Positions 17,613 through 27,249 of a DNA stretch of 64,000 nt are shown piece after piece (positions within the stretch are counted from its first letter, which is position 1; every line of letters starts with the position of its first letter). The stretch lies in contig JAFGBU010000005.1 in assembly GCA_016932995.1 (NCBI GenBank), positions 9,972 to 73,971 of the forward strand. The letters are read 5' to 3'. The notes beneath the pieces are model-generated. The model saw only the letters and a list, made by a program, of their open reading frames with translations, did no database searches and had not been told where the DNA came from. The DNA is from Desulfovibrionaceae bacterium. GTDB lineage: Bacteria > Desulfobacterota > Desulfovibrionia > Desulfovibrionales > Desulfovibrionaceae. Both the position numbers and the translations under genes were made by a program.

Positions 17613-18884
17613 TCAGAGCTTGAGCGCCCGGGCCGCGTCCAGGGTCCGGCCGAAGTCCTCGTCGCTGTGCGCGAACGAGGTGAACGCGCACTCGAACCCG
17701 GACGGCGCCAGGTTGATCCCGGCCAGGCGCATCTGCCTGTAGAGCTCGGAGTAGACCCCGGTGTTGGAGGCCTTGGCGCTCTCGAAGTCCGTGACCGGCT
17801 CGGCGGTGAAGAACAGGGTGAACATGGAGGCCGTGTGGTTCAGGCGCACGGGCAGGCCCTTGGCCTCGAAGACCGCCTTGAGCTCCGTGGCCAGGGCCAG
17901 GGTCCTTCTTTCCAGGGCCCCGTAGTCCAGGCCAGAGAGCCGCTCCAAGGTGGCCAGGCCCGCGGCCATGGCCACCGGATTCCCGGACAGGGTCCCGGCC
18001 TGGTACACGTCCCCGCAGGGCGCTATGCGCTCCATGACCTCGCGCCTGCCGCCGTAGGCCCCGACCGGAAACCCGCCGCCGATTATCTTGCCCAGGCAGG
18101 TCAGATCCGGGGTCACCCCGAACCTGGCCTGGGCCCCGCCAAAGGCGACCCTGAACCCGGTGATGACCTCGTCGAAGACCAGCAGGGCCCCGTACTGGTC
18201 GCACAGGGCCCTCAGGCCCTGCAAAAAGCCCTCGGCCGGGGGCACGCAGCCCATGTTCCCGGCCACGGGCTCGACGATCACGCAGGCCAGGTCCCGGCCG
18301 TGGCCCTCGAACAGCCGTTGCGCGGCCCCAAGGTCGTTGTACGGGCACAGCAGGGTGTGTTTGACGAAGTCCGCGGGCACGCCCGGGGTGCCCGGGATGG
18401 ACAGGGTGGCCACACCCGAGCCCGCGCTGGCCAAAAAACAGTCGCTGTGCCCGTGGTAGCAGCCCTCGAACTTGAGGACCTTGTCCCGGCCGGTGAAGCC
18501 CCGGGCCAGGCGCAGGGCGCTCATGGCCGCCTCGGTTCCGGAGTTGACCATGCGCACCAGGTCCATGGCCGGCATGGCCCTCTCCACGGCCTCGGCCAGC
18601 AGGACCTCGTCCCGGCAGGGCGCGCCGAAGCTCGCGCCCCGGTCCACGGCCGCGTGCACGGCCTGGGTCACGGCCGCATCCGAATGGCCGAGGAGCAGGG
18701 GCCCCCAGCTCATGACGTAGTCGATGAGCTCCAGGCCCTCCACGGTCCACATCCGGCTGCCCGCGGCCCGGGCGATGAACAGGGGGTCGCAGCCCACGCT
18801 CCGGCAGGCCCTGACCGGGCTGTTGACCCCGCCCGGGATGGACTCGGCCGCCCTCTCAAACAAGGTCTTGGAATCAAGTGCCAT
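17613..18884 (-). CDS. hemL: Glutamate-1-semialdehyde 2,1-aminomutase
   Basis: 423 aa. Class-III aminotransferase with a typical HemL N-terminus (LFERA...[11 protein letters not shown]) and the PLP-lysine region. Confidence 0.9.
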   Translation of the reverse strand: MALDSKTLFERAAESIPGGVNSPVRACRSVGCDPLFIARAAGSRMWTVEGLELIDYVMSWGPLLLGHSDAAVTQAVHAAVDRGASFGAPCRDEVLLAEAVERAMPAMDLVRMVNSGTEAAMSALRLARGFTGRDKVLKFEGCYHGHSDCFLASAGSGVATLSIPGTPGVPADFVKHTLLCPYNDLGAAQRLFEGHGRDLACVIVEPVAGNMGCVPPAEGFLQGLRALCDQYGALLVFDEVITGFRVAFGGAQARFGVTPDLTCLGKIIGGGFPVGAYGGRREVMERIAPCGDVYQAGTLSGNPVAMAAGLATLERLSGLDYGALERRTLALATELKAVFEAKGLPVRLNHTASMFTLFFTAEPVTDFESAKASNTGVYSELYRQMRLAGINLAPSGFECAFTSFAHSDEDFGRTLDAARALKL

Positions 18885-18893
18885 GTCGCGCTC

Positions 18894-19373
18894 CTAGAAG
18901 TAGCTCATGGAGGTCTTTTTCAGCTCGCCCACGCTCAGCAGGACCTCGCGCTCCCTAACCCCGGTCAAGGCGGCCAGCTCCTCGGCCACCCGCAGGCAGT
19001 CGCCCGGGTTCTTGCCGTGGATCATGGTGTAGATGTTGTACGGCCAGTCCGGGTGGGTCCGGCGCAGGTAGCAGTGGCTGATCTCGGGCCTGGCGGCCAT
19101 GATCCGGCCCACGGCCTCGGGGTCTTTGTCCTCGGGCACCAGCCAGGCGACCATGGCGTTGTGGCCGTAGCCGGCCTTCTGGTGCCTCAGGGTGGCCCCG
19201 AAGCGGCGGATCACGCCCTCGGACCTGAGCCTGTTCAACAGGCCCAAGACCTCGCCCTCGCCGACCCCGGCCAGCCCGGCGATGTCCGCAAAGGGCTCGG
19301 GGCCGTCCGGCAGGTCGGCCCCGGCCAGGGCCAGGACCGCCTGCTCCTTGTCCGTGAACTTCATGACCGGCAT
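18894..19373 (-). CDS. Lrp/AsnC-like siroheme decarboxylase subunit (AhbA/AhbB, NirD/L/G/H family)
   Basis: About 159 aa. The pattern GVIRRFGA...GY..NAMV.W....HCY.R and its position next to hemL fit this family. Start is ambiguous (TTG 19379, ATG 19373 or ATG 19364). Confidence 0.6.
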   Translation of the reverse strand: MPVMKFTDKEQAVLALAGADLPDGPEPFADIAGLAGVGEGEVLGLLNRLRSEGVIRRFGATLRHQKAGYGHNAMVAWLVPEDKDPEAVGRIMAARPEISHCYLRRTHPDWPYNIYTMIHGKNPGDCLRVAEELAALTGVREREVLLSVGELKKTSMSYF

Positions 19374-19492
19374 GGCCAAAGGTCTTAACCGCTAATACAA
19401 CGCCTTGCAACCGGCCCTTGCCTCATGAACCGCGGCAGGGTAACTATCGGCGAGCACGCGACAAACGGCGCAGGCGCAAAGGAGAAAGCCTC

Positions 19493-20497
19493 ATGAACAC
19501 GACCGTGATCGGCGCAGGGGCCTGGGGCACCACCCTGGCCGATTTGCTGGCCAAGAAGGGCGAGGCCGCGACCCTCTGGGTCCGCGAGCCCGAGCTCGCC
19601 GCGTCAATAGTCAAGACCAGGGAGAACTCCTGGTTCCTCCCCGGGGTCAGGCTCTCAGCGCGCCTCAAGGTGGAGAGCGACCCGGCCGCGGCCGTGCGCG
19701 GGGCCGAGGCCTTTGTGCTCGTCGTGCCGAGCCAGTTCCTGCGGGCCACACTGGAGTCCTTCGCCGCCTTCCTGCCCAAGCGGCCGGTGGTGGTCTGCGC
19801 CAGCAAGGGCATCGAGCTGGCCAGCCTCAAGCCCATGTCCAAGGTCGTGTCCGAGGCCCTGCACGGGCTCAGGCCGCGCTACGCCCACATCTCGGGGCCG
19901 TCGTTCGCCGCCGAGGTCAGCCGCGGCATGCCCACGACCGTGTCCCTGGGCTGCGCGGACCTGGAGCTCGGCCGCAGCCTCCAGCGCCTGTTCTCCACCG
20001 ACTACTTCAGGGTCTACACCACCCGGGACTTCGTCGGCGTGGAGCTCGGCGGGGCGGTCAAGAACGTGGTCGCCATAGCCGCGGGCATCTCCGACGGCCT
20101 GGGCTTCGGCCACGACGCCAGGGCCGCGCTCATCACCAGGGGCCTGGCCGAGATGAGCAGGCTGGGCAAGGCCATGGGCGCGCGGGTGCACACCTTCATG
20201 GGCCTGTCCGGCATGGGCGACCTGGTGCTCACCTGCACCGGGGATTTGTCCCGCAACCGGCAGGTCGGGCTCAAGCTCGGCCAGGGCAAGAGGCTCTCCG
20301 AGATCATGGCCGAGACCCGGTCCGTGGCCGAGGGGGTCAAGACCACCGAGGCCCTGCACCGGCTGGCCGAGAAGCTCGGCGTGGAGCTGCCGATCACCGA
20401 GCAGGTCTACGCCATACTCTACCAGGACAAGGATCCGGCCGCGGCCGTGGCCGACCTCATGGGCCGGGCCCTCAAGGACGAGGAGGTCTGGACGTGA
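19493..20497 (+). CDS. gpsA: NAD(P)H-dependent glycerol-3-phosphate dehydrogenase
   Basis: ATG 19493 after AAAGGAGAAAG. N-terminal VIGAGAWGT motif. Family-wide similarity. Confidence 0.9.
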   Translation: MNTTVIGAGAWGTTLADLLAKKGEAATLWVREPELAASIVKTRENSWFLPGVRLSARLKVESDPAAAVRGAEAFVLVVPSQFLRATLESFAAFLPKRPVVVCASKGIELASLKPMSKVVSEALHGLRPRYAHISGPSFAAEVSRGMPTTVSLGCADLELGRSLQRLFSTDYFRVYTTRDFVGVELGGAVKNVVAIAAGISDGLGFGHDARAALITRGLAEMSRLGKAMGARVHTFMGLSGMGDLVLTCTGDLSRNRQVGLKLGQGKRLSEIMAETRSVAEGVKTTEALHRLAEKLGVELPITEQVYAILYQDKDPAAAVADLMGRALKDEEVWT

Positions 20498-20790
20498 GCA
20501 GGACCCTTAAGCTGCTGCTTTTCGCGGCCGCGCTCGCGGCCCTGGCCTGCTGCGGCCGGGGCTGGGTGAACACGCTGATCGCCGACCCGGCCAGAAGCGA
20601 CGAAATATTTAAACGCGACCGGGAGTTCTGCCAGAGGCAGGCCCAGGACATGGCCCCCACCGCGCCAGAGAACGATCCCACGGTGATCCCGGAGACCTGT
20701 CCCCAGGCCTTTATCGAGAACATGAGCCAGGAAGACGCCTTTGAGCGCTGCATGCGCGGCCGGGGCTGGCGCAGGCCCGGGGAGGAGTGA
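20494..20790 (+). CDS. Small putative lipoprotein
   Basis: 98 aa. The GTG start overlaps the gpsA stop (GTGA). Signal peptide with a lipobox-like LAC-C. Confidence 0.5.
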   Translation: MSRTLKLLLFAAALAALACCGRGWVNTLIADPARSDEIFKRDREFCQRQAQDMAPTAPENDPTVIPETCPQAFIENMSQEDAFERCMRGRGWRRPGEE

Positions 20791-22337
20791 TGTCCGAGGA
20801 CCGGGCGCCGGTCCTGGTCACCGGGGCCACGGGCTACGTGGGAGGCAGGCTCGTGCCCGCGCTGCTGGAACGCGGGCACCGGGTGCGCGCCGCGGGCCGA
20901 TCCGTGGCCAAGATCAAGGCCCGGCCCTGGGGCGGGCACCCCGGCCTGGAAGCGGTCCGGGCCGACCTCCTGGACCCCTCCTCCATGCTGGAGGCGGCCA
21001 GGGGCTGCTCTGCGGCCTACTACCTGGTCCACTCCATGCGGCCGGACGTGCCGGACTTCGCGGCCCGGGACCGCGAGGCGGCCTGCAACATGGCCCGGGC
21101 CGCCAGCCAGGCGGGAATGAAGCGCATCATCTACCTGGGGGGCCTCGGCGAGGACTCGCCCGAACTCTCGCCCCATCTGCGCTCCAGGGCCGAGGTCGGC
21201 CGCATCCTGTCCCTTGGCTCGGCCGAGCTCACCGTCCTCAGGGCGGCCGTGATCCTGGGCTCGGGCAGCGCGTCCTTCGAGATCATCCGCTACCTGGCGG
21301 ACCGGCTGCCGGTGATCATCGCGCCCAGGTGGGTGCGCACCCGCTGCCAGCCCATAGCCGTGTCCAACGTGCTCGGGTACCTGGTCGGATGCCTGGAGAA
21401 CCCGGCCACGGCCGGCCGCAGCTTCGACATCGGCGGACCCGACATCCTGACCTACGCCGAGATGTTGCGCATCTACGCCGAAAAGGCCGGGCTCAGGCCC
21501 AGGCTGATCATCCCCGCGCCCCTGCTCACGCCCGGGATGTCGGCCTTCTGGATCAACCTGGTCACGCCCGTGCCCATGTCCCTGATCAGGCCGCTGGTCC
21601 AGGGCCTGAAGAACGAGGTCGTCTGCCGGGAGAACGACATCCGCAGGCTGGTGCCCCAGAGGCTCTTGTCCTGCGGCGAGGCCATGGCCCAGGCCCTGGA
21701 CAAGGTCCGCCAGCAGTCGGTGTCCACCTGCTGCTTTGACGCGGGCTCGGCCTGCCTGCCGGGCTGGGCCGCCTGCCAGGACCCGCCCTATGCCGGGGGC
21801 GCGGTGCATCAGTGCAACTACTCGGCCAGGCTCAGGGGCCCGGCCGAGCGGGTCTGGAGGCCGATACAGGGCCTGGGCGGCGAGTCCGGCTGGTTCTTCG
21901 GCAGCTTCCTGTGGCGGCTGCGGGGGCTTGCGGACGAGCTGATCGGCGGGCCGGGCCTGCGGCGCGGCCGCAGGCACCCGGAGGACCTCCGGGTGGGCGA
22001 CGCCCTGGACTTCTGGCGGGTCCTGGACGTCAGGCCGGGCAAAAGACTCCTGCTCCTGGCCGAGATGAAGCTGCCCGGCGAGGCCATGCTGGAGATAAGG
22101 GTCAGGCCGCTGAACGCCGGGGACAGCGAGCTCCGGATCGTGTCCAGGTTCCTGCCCCGGGGCCTTTGGGGGTCGCTCTACTGGTTCGCGCTCTACCCCT
22201 TTCACGCCTTGATCTTCAAGAACCTGATCCAGGGCCTGGCCAGGGCCGCGGACGCGCCGCTCGTCGAGCCGCCCCAAAAGATCGGACCGCAACCCGTGGT
22301 CGAAGCCCAAAACACCAACGGCCGGGGCCGGAAATGA
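20790..22337 (+). CDS. SDR-family NAD(P)-binding protein with a DUF2867-like C-terminal domain
   Basis: N-terminal VTGATGYVGG Rossmann motif. About 515 aa. The ATG overlaps the upstream stop codon. Confidence 0.7.
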   Translation: MSEDRAPVLVTGATGYVGGRLVPALLERGHRVRAAGRSVAKIKARPWGGHPGLEAVRADLLDPSSMLEAARGCSAAYYLVHSMRPDVPDFAARDREAACNMARAASQAGMKRIIYLGGLGEDSPELSPHLRSRAEVGRILSLGSAELTVLRAAVILGSGSASFEIIRYLADRLPVIIAPRWVRTRCQPIAVSNVLGYLVGCLENPATAGRSFDIGGPDILTYAEMLRIYAEKAGLRPRLIIPAPLLTPGMSAFWINLVTPVPMSLIRPLVQGLKNEVVCRENDIRRLVPQRLLSCGEAMAQALDKVRQQSVSTCCFDAGSACLPGWAACQDPPYAGGAVHQCNYSARLRGPAERVWRPIQGLGGESGWFFGSFLWRLRGLADELIGGPGLRRGRRHPEDLRVGDALDFWRVLDVRPGKRLLLLAEMKLPGEAMLEIRVRPLNAGDSELRIVSRFLPRGLWGSLYWFALYPFHALIFKNLIQGLARAADAPLVEPPQKIGPQPVVEAQNTNGRGRK

Positions 22338-22380
22338 GGCCGACCCTTTTCCCCGGCCCGGGTTCAGTGTATTGGCAGCC

Positions 22381-23640
22381 ATGGCCCTGACGGACAGAAA
22401 ACCGGTCCACGTGCTCGGGATGCGGCCGGGCTCGCTCATCCTGGACCCCGAGGCCAGGTCCGTGGCCGAAAAGGCCCAGGTCCTGGTCGGCGAGCGCAGG
22501 CTGCTCGCGGCCTGGGCCCTGGCCTGCCCGCTCGAGTGCCCGCACCGGGCCGAAAAACAGATCCCCGTCAGCGGGTCCCTGGACCCGATCATCGCCAGGA
22601 TCCGCAAGGAGGCCGCGGCCGGCAAGCTGGTGGCCGTGCTCACGGACGGGGACCCGCTGTTCTTCGGCATCGGCAGGAGGCTGATCCAAGAGCTCGGCCC
22701 GGACAAGGTCGCGGTGCACCCCAACCTGACCAGCGTGCAGGTGGCCGCGGCCAGGCTGGGCCTGGACTGGCAGGACCTGGCCGTGGTCGAGGTCGGGGAG
22801 CGCGACTTCACGCCCCTGTTCTCGGCCCTGGCCGGGGCCGACCGGGTCATGGTCCTGACCGGCCAGGGGCACGGCCCGTCCGCGATCGCCCGGGCCCTTT
22901 TGGAAAAGGGCGTCGAGGGCCTGACGCTGACCGTGATCGAGGACCTGGGCACGCCCCAGGAGATAATCCGCCGCCTCAGCCCCCAGGAGGTCTGGGACCT
23001 GAACTTCTCCAGGCCCAGCCTGGTGCTCGTGGAGCGCGGCTACCCGCCGGAGATCGAGCTCTGCCTGGGCGTTCCGGACCACTACTACTTCTCGGAGCAC
23101 GAGCCCGTGGCCCAGCAGCCGGTCCGGGCCGCGGGCCTGGCCGCGCTGAACGTCGCGCCCGGGGCCACGGTCTGGGACCTGGGCGCGGGCTGCGGCTGCG
23201 TGGCCATCGAGGCCGCGCACCTGGCCCGAAACGGCCGGGTCTTTGCCGTGGAGAGGGACCTGCGCCGGGCCGCGGCCCTCAACGAAAACATCCGGCGCAT
23301 GGGCGCCTGGCCCGTGCACCTGGTCCGGGGCGACATGCCCCGCTGCCTCAAGGGCCTGCCCGACCCGGACCGCATATTCGTCAGCGGCGGGCTCGACCAC
23401 GGCGACAAGGCCGCCCGCAAGCTCCTGGACGCGGCCTGCGCCAGGCTCAAGCCCGGCGGCAGGATGGTCGTCCAGTGCACCCTGCTGGACACCCTGCTCC
23501 TGGCCAAGGACCACTTCCAGACCCTGGGCTGGCGCTTCGGGGCCATCCAGATCCAGGCCAGCACCTCGGACAACCTGGCCGGGGATTTGCGCTTCACGGC
23601 CCAGAACCCGGTCTTCGTGCTCTGGGCCGAGAAACCCTGA
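22381..23640 (+). CDS. cobL: Precorrin-6Y C5,15-methyltransferase (decarboxylating), fused CbiE/CbiT
   Basis: About 419 aa. N-terminal tetrapyrrole-methylase half and C-terminal class-I SAM methyltransferase half (VWDLGAGCGCVAIE). Confidence 0.75.
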   Translation: MALTDRKPVHVLGMRPGSLILDPEARSVAEKAQVLVGERRLLAAWALACPLECPHRAEKQIPVSGSLDPIIARIRKEAAAGKLVAVLTDGDPLFFGIGRRLIQELGPDKVAVHPNLTSVQVAAARLGLDWQDLAVVEVGERDFTPLFSALAGADRVMVLTGQGHGPSAIARALLEKGVEGLTLTVIEDLGTPQEIIRRLSPQEVWDLNFSRPSLVLVERGYPPEIELCLGVPDHYYFSEHEPVAQQPVRAAGLAALNVAPGATVWDLGAGCGCVAIEAAHLARNGRVFAVERDLRRAAALNENIRRMGAWPVHLVRGDMPRCLKGLPDPDRIFVSGGLDHGDKAARKLLDAACARLKPGGRMVVQCTLLDTLLLAKDHFQTLGWRFGAIQIQASTSDNLAGDLRFTAQNPVFVLWAEKP

Positions 23641-23656
23641 ACCCGCGGAGCAAGCC

Positions 23657-24055
23657 ATGAAAGAGCTAAGCGTCAAGACCGGCGCGCGGCAGGAGATGGT
23701 CGACATAAGCGGGCAGCTCCAGGGCCTGGTGCGCGACAACGGCTGGCGCAACGGCGCGCTGCTCGTCTTCTGCCCGCACACCACGGCCGCGGTGACCGTG
23801 AACGAGGGCGCGGACCCGAGCGTGGCCCGGGACATCAACGCTGCGCTCTGCTCGCTCGTCCCGCACAAGGGCGACTACCAACACCTGGAGGGCAACAGCG
23901 ACGCGCACGTCAAGGCCAGCCTGGTGGGCCCGGACCAGATGCTGATCGTAAACGACAACCAGCTCGCCCTGGGGACCTGGCAGAAGGTCTTTTTCTGCGA
24001 GTTCGACGGGCCGAGGAGCCGCAGGCTCTGGGTCCGCTGGCTGCCCGGGCAATAG
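23657..24055 (+). CDS. YjbQ/UPF0047 family protein (secondary thiamine-phosphate synthase type)
   Basis: 132 aa. Signature CPHTTAAVTVNEGADPSV..D and HLEGNSDAH. Confidence 0.8.
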   Translation: MKELSVKTGARQEMVDISGQLQGLVRDNGWRNGALLVFCPHTTAAVTVNEGADPSVARDINAALCSLVPHKGDYQHLEGNSDAHVKASLVGPDQMLIVNDNQLALGTWQKVFFCEFDGPRSRRLWVRWLPGQ

Positions 24056-24065
24056 GGGGCGAGCC

Positions 24066-24332
24066 GTGAAGAACAGCCACCGCTTCTTCTGCAACCGGGA
24101 CTGCGAGTACTTCCCCTGCCACCAGACCAAGGACCCGGACAACTTCAACTGCCTGTTCTGCTTCTGCCCCCTGTACTTCCTGGACGACTGCGGGGGCGAC
24201 TTCGCCCTGCGCGAGGGGGTCAAGGACTGCAGCGCCTGCCTCATCCCGCACCGGCCCGAGGGATACGACCGGATAATCGAAAGGCTGAAGGCCCGCATCG
24301 CCGAGACGCGCAAGCCAAGGGCGAAAAAATGA
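24066..24332 (+). CDS. Cysteine-rich small domain protein
   Basis: 88 aa, GTG start. Dense Cys pattern (CNRDCEYFPCH...CLFCFCPLY...C...CSAC), as in the cysteine-rich small domain often fused or adjacent to CbiT/CobL. Confidence 0.6.
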   Translation: MKNSHRFFCNRDCEYFPCHQTKDPDNFNCLFCFCPLYFLDDCGGDFALREGVKDCSACLIPHRPEGYDRIIERLKARIAETRKPRAKK

Positions 24333-25204
24333 TCCGCCGCATTGTCACGACCGCGGTCCTGGCCCTGACCGCCCTGGCCGCGGCCTCGGCCCTGGCCGCC
24401 CAACCCTTCATCCTCCTGGACGCGGCCGAGACCGAGGCCCTGCCCAGAAACTTCCGCAGCCTGGACGCGGCCCGCAAGACCCCGGAGGACCGTCCCCTGC
24501 CCGGTCTCGCGGCCTCGGGCAGCGCCCAGTTCTCGGAACAGGGCCTGGACAGGATGCTCGGTTGGATGCGCGGCCGGGTCCTGATCGTGGACCTGCGCCA
24601 GGAGTCGCACGGGTTTGCAAACGGCGCGGCCATAAGCTGGTACGCAGAAAACAACTGGGCCAACCAGGGCCTTGACCCGGCCCGGGTCCTGGCCGACGAG
24701 GCGGCCCGGCTGCGGGCCGTCCAAGGCCGAAACATCTCCCTGCGCCTGGACAAGGGCCCGGATTCAAGGACCCTGGAGCTGGCCGTGGCCAGGGCCGAGA
24801 CCGAGGCCGACCTCTGCGCGGCCAGGGGCCTTGGCTACTTCAGGCTGGCCGTGCCGGACCATTTGCGGCCCCAAGACCCAAGCGTGGACCGCTTCCTCGG
24901 TCTTGTGGACACCCTGGCGCCCGGCGACTGGCTGCACTTCCACTGCCGCGCGGGCAAGGGCCGGACCACGACCTTCCTGCTCATGTACGACATCCTGAAG
25001 AACGGGCGCGAGTTCGGCCTGGAGGTCCTGGCCGCCAGGCAGCGCGACGCGGGCGGGGCCGATCTGCTCGACGCCGAGCCCGAAGAAGGCTGGCGCAGGC
25101 AGGCCTATGTAGAGCGCCGCTGGTTCTTGCGCCGCTTCCAGATTTTCGCGGCCCAGAGGACCAAGGTCGAGGCCTGGTCCATTTGGGCCGCGACCAATCC
25201 CTAG
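24329..25204 (+). CDS. Secreted protein-tyrosine-phosphatase-like phytase family protein
   Basis: 291 aa. Signal peptide (ALA-AQP). Catalytic P-loop HCRAGKGRT (HCx5R[T]). The ATG overlaps the upstream stop (ATGA). Confidence 0.7.
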   Translation: MIRRIVTTAVLALTALAAASALAAQPFILLDAAETEALPRNFRSLDAARKTPEDRPLPGLAASGSAQFSEQGLDRMLGWMRGRVLIVDLRQESHGFANGAAISWYAENNWANQGLDPARVLADEAARLRAVQGRNISLRLDKGPDSRTLELAVARAETEADLCAARGLGYFRLAVPDHLRPQDPSVDRFLGLVDTLAPGDWLHFHCRAGKGRTTTFLLMYDILKNGREFGLEVLAARQRDAGGADLLDAEPEEGWRRQAYVERRWFLRRFQIFAAQRTKVEAWSIWAATNP

Positions 25205-25311
25205 TCTCGCGTTCGCGAATCAAGCAAGCCTTTGCGCATGGCGCAACAACTCGAACCAATTATTTTTATTTCTAAAATAAGCTGACGGTTATTTTAGAGA
25301 CGCGACCCTAG
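25202..25311. repeat. CTAG-bounded inverted-repeat element B, related to the element at 50408-50570
   Basis: Ends TAGTCTCGCGTTCG and AGACGCGACCCTAG. Internal TTGCGC-atg-GCGCAA hairpin (25232-25246). Perfect 10-bp AT hairpin TCTAAAATAA-N8-TTATTTTAGA (25271-25298). Confidence 0.5.
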
Positions 25312-25327
25312 AAGGGCCCGCAAGGGC

Positions 25328-25885
25328 TCAGAAGACCTCGGCCTCGAACCAGGAGATGGCGGTCTCCTCGTCCCTCCAGGCCTCGGGCGGCAGCCCGGCC
25401 TTGAGGCAGGTCTGGGCGAGGAAGGTCCTGCGGTCCCACTTCCACTGCACGGCCACCTGGGGCAAAAGCAGGCCGGCGCGCCGGTCCCTGGACATGATCA
25501 GGCCGTGGCGGCCGATCTCGACCAGCTCGGGGTCCGGGCAGGCCGTGACCGGGCCGAGCACCGAGACCTCGATGTCCAGGCCCTTGAACTCGGAGGCCTC
25601 CAGGGGCGGAAAGCGCGGGTCCTTGAAGGCCGCGGCCCGGGCCATTTCCCAGATCGTCCTGTAGAGCTCGCCCGAGCCCTGGACCTTGCCGATGCAGCCG
25701 CGCAGCCTCCCGGCCCTCTTCAGGGTCACGAACGCGCCCAGCTCGCGCCTGAGGATTTCGGTCGGCGGCGCGGGCGGGGACGCCGGGCCGCCGCCGGGCT
25801 TGAGGCGGCCCAGGATGCTCAGCCTGACCAGGTCCTTGAGGTAGTCTTTTTCCTGCTGGGACAGCTCGAATCTGAATTCGGACAT
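25328..25885 (-). CDS. AMMECR1-domain protein (AmmeMemoRadiSam system protein A type)
   Basis: 185 aa from ATG 25885. Conserved GAFVTLK...LRGCIG motif. The rest of the 582-aa track ORF is a shadow frame over the MFS gene. Confidence 0.8.
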   Translation of the reverse strand: MSEFRFELSQQEKDYLKDLVRLSILGRLKPGGGPASPPAPPTEILRRELGAFVTLKRAGRLRGCIGKVQGSGELYRTIWEMARAAAFKDPRFPPLEASEFKGLDIEVSVLGPVTACPDPELVEIGRHGLIMSRDRRAGLLLPQVAVQWKWDRRTFLAQTCLKAGLPPEAWRDEETAISWFEAEVF

Positions 25886-25953
25886 GGGCCCTCCGGCCAG
25901 GGCGTTGAAACGCCCTATGATTTCAGCATAGCCCTCGACAAGAAGTTTGCAAA

Positions 25954-27243
25954 CTACCCGCCTGGTCCTGATTCGGACTTGGGGACCAGGAGCATGAGCC
26001 CGAAGCCCAAGACGAACATGACGATCACCGAGGCCATGCCGAAGCGCTGGCTGCCCAAAGCCAGGGTCAGCCAGCCGACCAGAAACGGGCCGAGGAACGA
26101 GGTTAGCTTGCCGGACAGGGCGAAGAGCCCGAACATCTGGTTGCCCAGGCCCTCGGGCACGGCCCTGGCCAGCCAGGACCGGCTGGAGGCCTGAAGCGGC
26201 CCCACGAACAGGCCGAGCGCCAGGCCCAGGACCCAGAACACGGTCTTGGACCAGGCCACGAGCATGAGCGCCCCGGGCACGGCCAGGCCGACCAGGCTGA
26301 CCAGTATGGTTCGCCTGGCCCCGACCCGATCGTCCATCCAGGCGAACACGGCCGAGCCCAGGCCCGCGGACAGGTTCAGGCCGATGCCGAACACGAGCAC
26401 CTCCCGGGCGCTCATGCCGAAGGTCCCGGCCGCGAATATGCCCCCGAAGGCGAACATGGTGGTCAGGCCGTCGTTGTAGACCATGCGGGCCAGGAGAAAG
26501 AGCATGATGGGCCTGTGCCGCCCGGCCTGGGCAAGGGATTCGGCCAGTTGGCGCAGGCCCCGGCCCACGGCCCGGACAGGGCCCAGGCCGGTGGACGGGG
26601 CGTCGGGCGTGAACAGGATCAAGGGCAGGCTGAAGACCAGATACCAGGCCGCGGTCAACAGGGCCGTGGCCCTGACGTTCAGGGCCTGGGCCCGGCCGAG
26701 GTCCAGCCAGGGATGCTCGGAGACCAGGGCGGCCAGGGCCAGGACCAGGCAGGCCAGGCCCCCGGCGTAGCCCAGGCCCCAGGCCCAGCCGGACAGCCTT
26801 CCCAGCCTGTGCGCCGGGGCCAGGTCCGGGAGCATGGCGTTGTAGAAGATGTTGGCGTACTCCGAGGCAATCGTGGCCAGGCCCACCAGGACCAGGGCCG
26901 GGAGCGCGTCCCCGGGCTCGGGCCGGACCATGAACAGCAGCCCGGTGCAGACCACGCAAATCAGGGTCAGGACCGCTATCCAGGGCTTGCGGCGGCCGGT
27001 CTGGTCGGCCACCGCCCCCAAAAGCGGCCCGCCCAGGCCCACGGCCAGGCCGGCCAGGCCCATCATGCTGCCCCACTGGGCCGTGCCCAGGGTCTCGTTC
27101 TCGGCCACGGCCCGGGTGAAGTAGGCCGCGAACACGAAGGTCTGGATCAGGGTGCAGAAGGCGCTGTTGGCCCAGTCGTACAGGGCCCAGGAGAACCGCC
27201 CGGCCCAGCGGGCAGGGTCCGCGTTGCGGCCCGGCAGGCCCAT
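25954..27243 (-). CDS. MFS transporter (UMF1/Atg22-like family)
   Basis: 429 aa with about 12 hydrophobic segments. The N-terminal SWALYDWANSAF motif is typical of UMF1. Confidence 0.75.
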   Translation of the reverse strand: MGLPGRNADPARWAGRFSWALYDWANSAFCTLIQTFVFAAYFTRAVAENETLGTAQWGSMMGLAGLAVGLGGPLLGAVADQTGRRKPWIAVLTLICVVCTGLLFMVRPEPGDALPALVLVGLATIASEYANIFYNAMLPDLAPAHRLGRLSGWAWGLGYAGGLACLVLALAALVSEHPWLDLGRAQALNVRATALLTAAWYLVFSLPLILFTPDAPSTGLGPVRAVGRGLRQLAESLAQAGRHRPIMLFLLARMVYNDGLTTMFAFGGIFAAGTFGMSAREVLVFGIGLNLSAGLGSAVFAWMDDRVGARRTILVSLVGLAVPGALMLVAWSKTVFWVLGLALGLFVGPLQASSRSWLARAVPEGLGNQMFGLFALSGKLTSFLGPFLVGWLTLALGSQRFGMASVIVMFVLGFGLMLLVPKSESGPGG

Positions 27244-27249
27244 GGCCGG

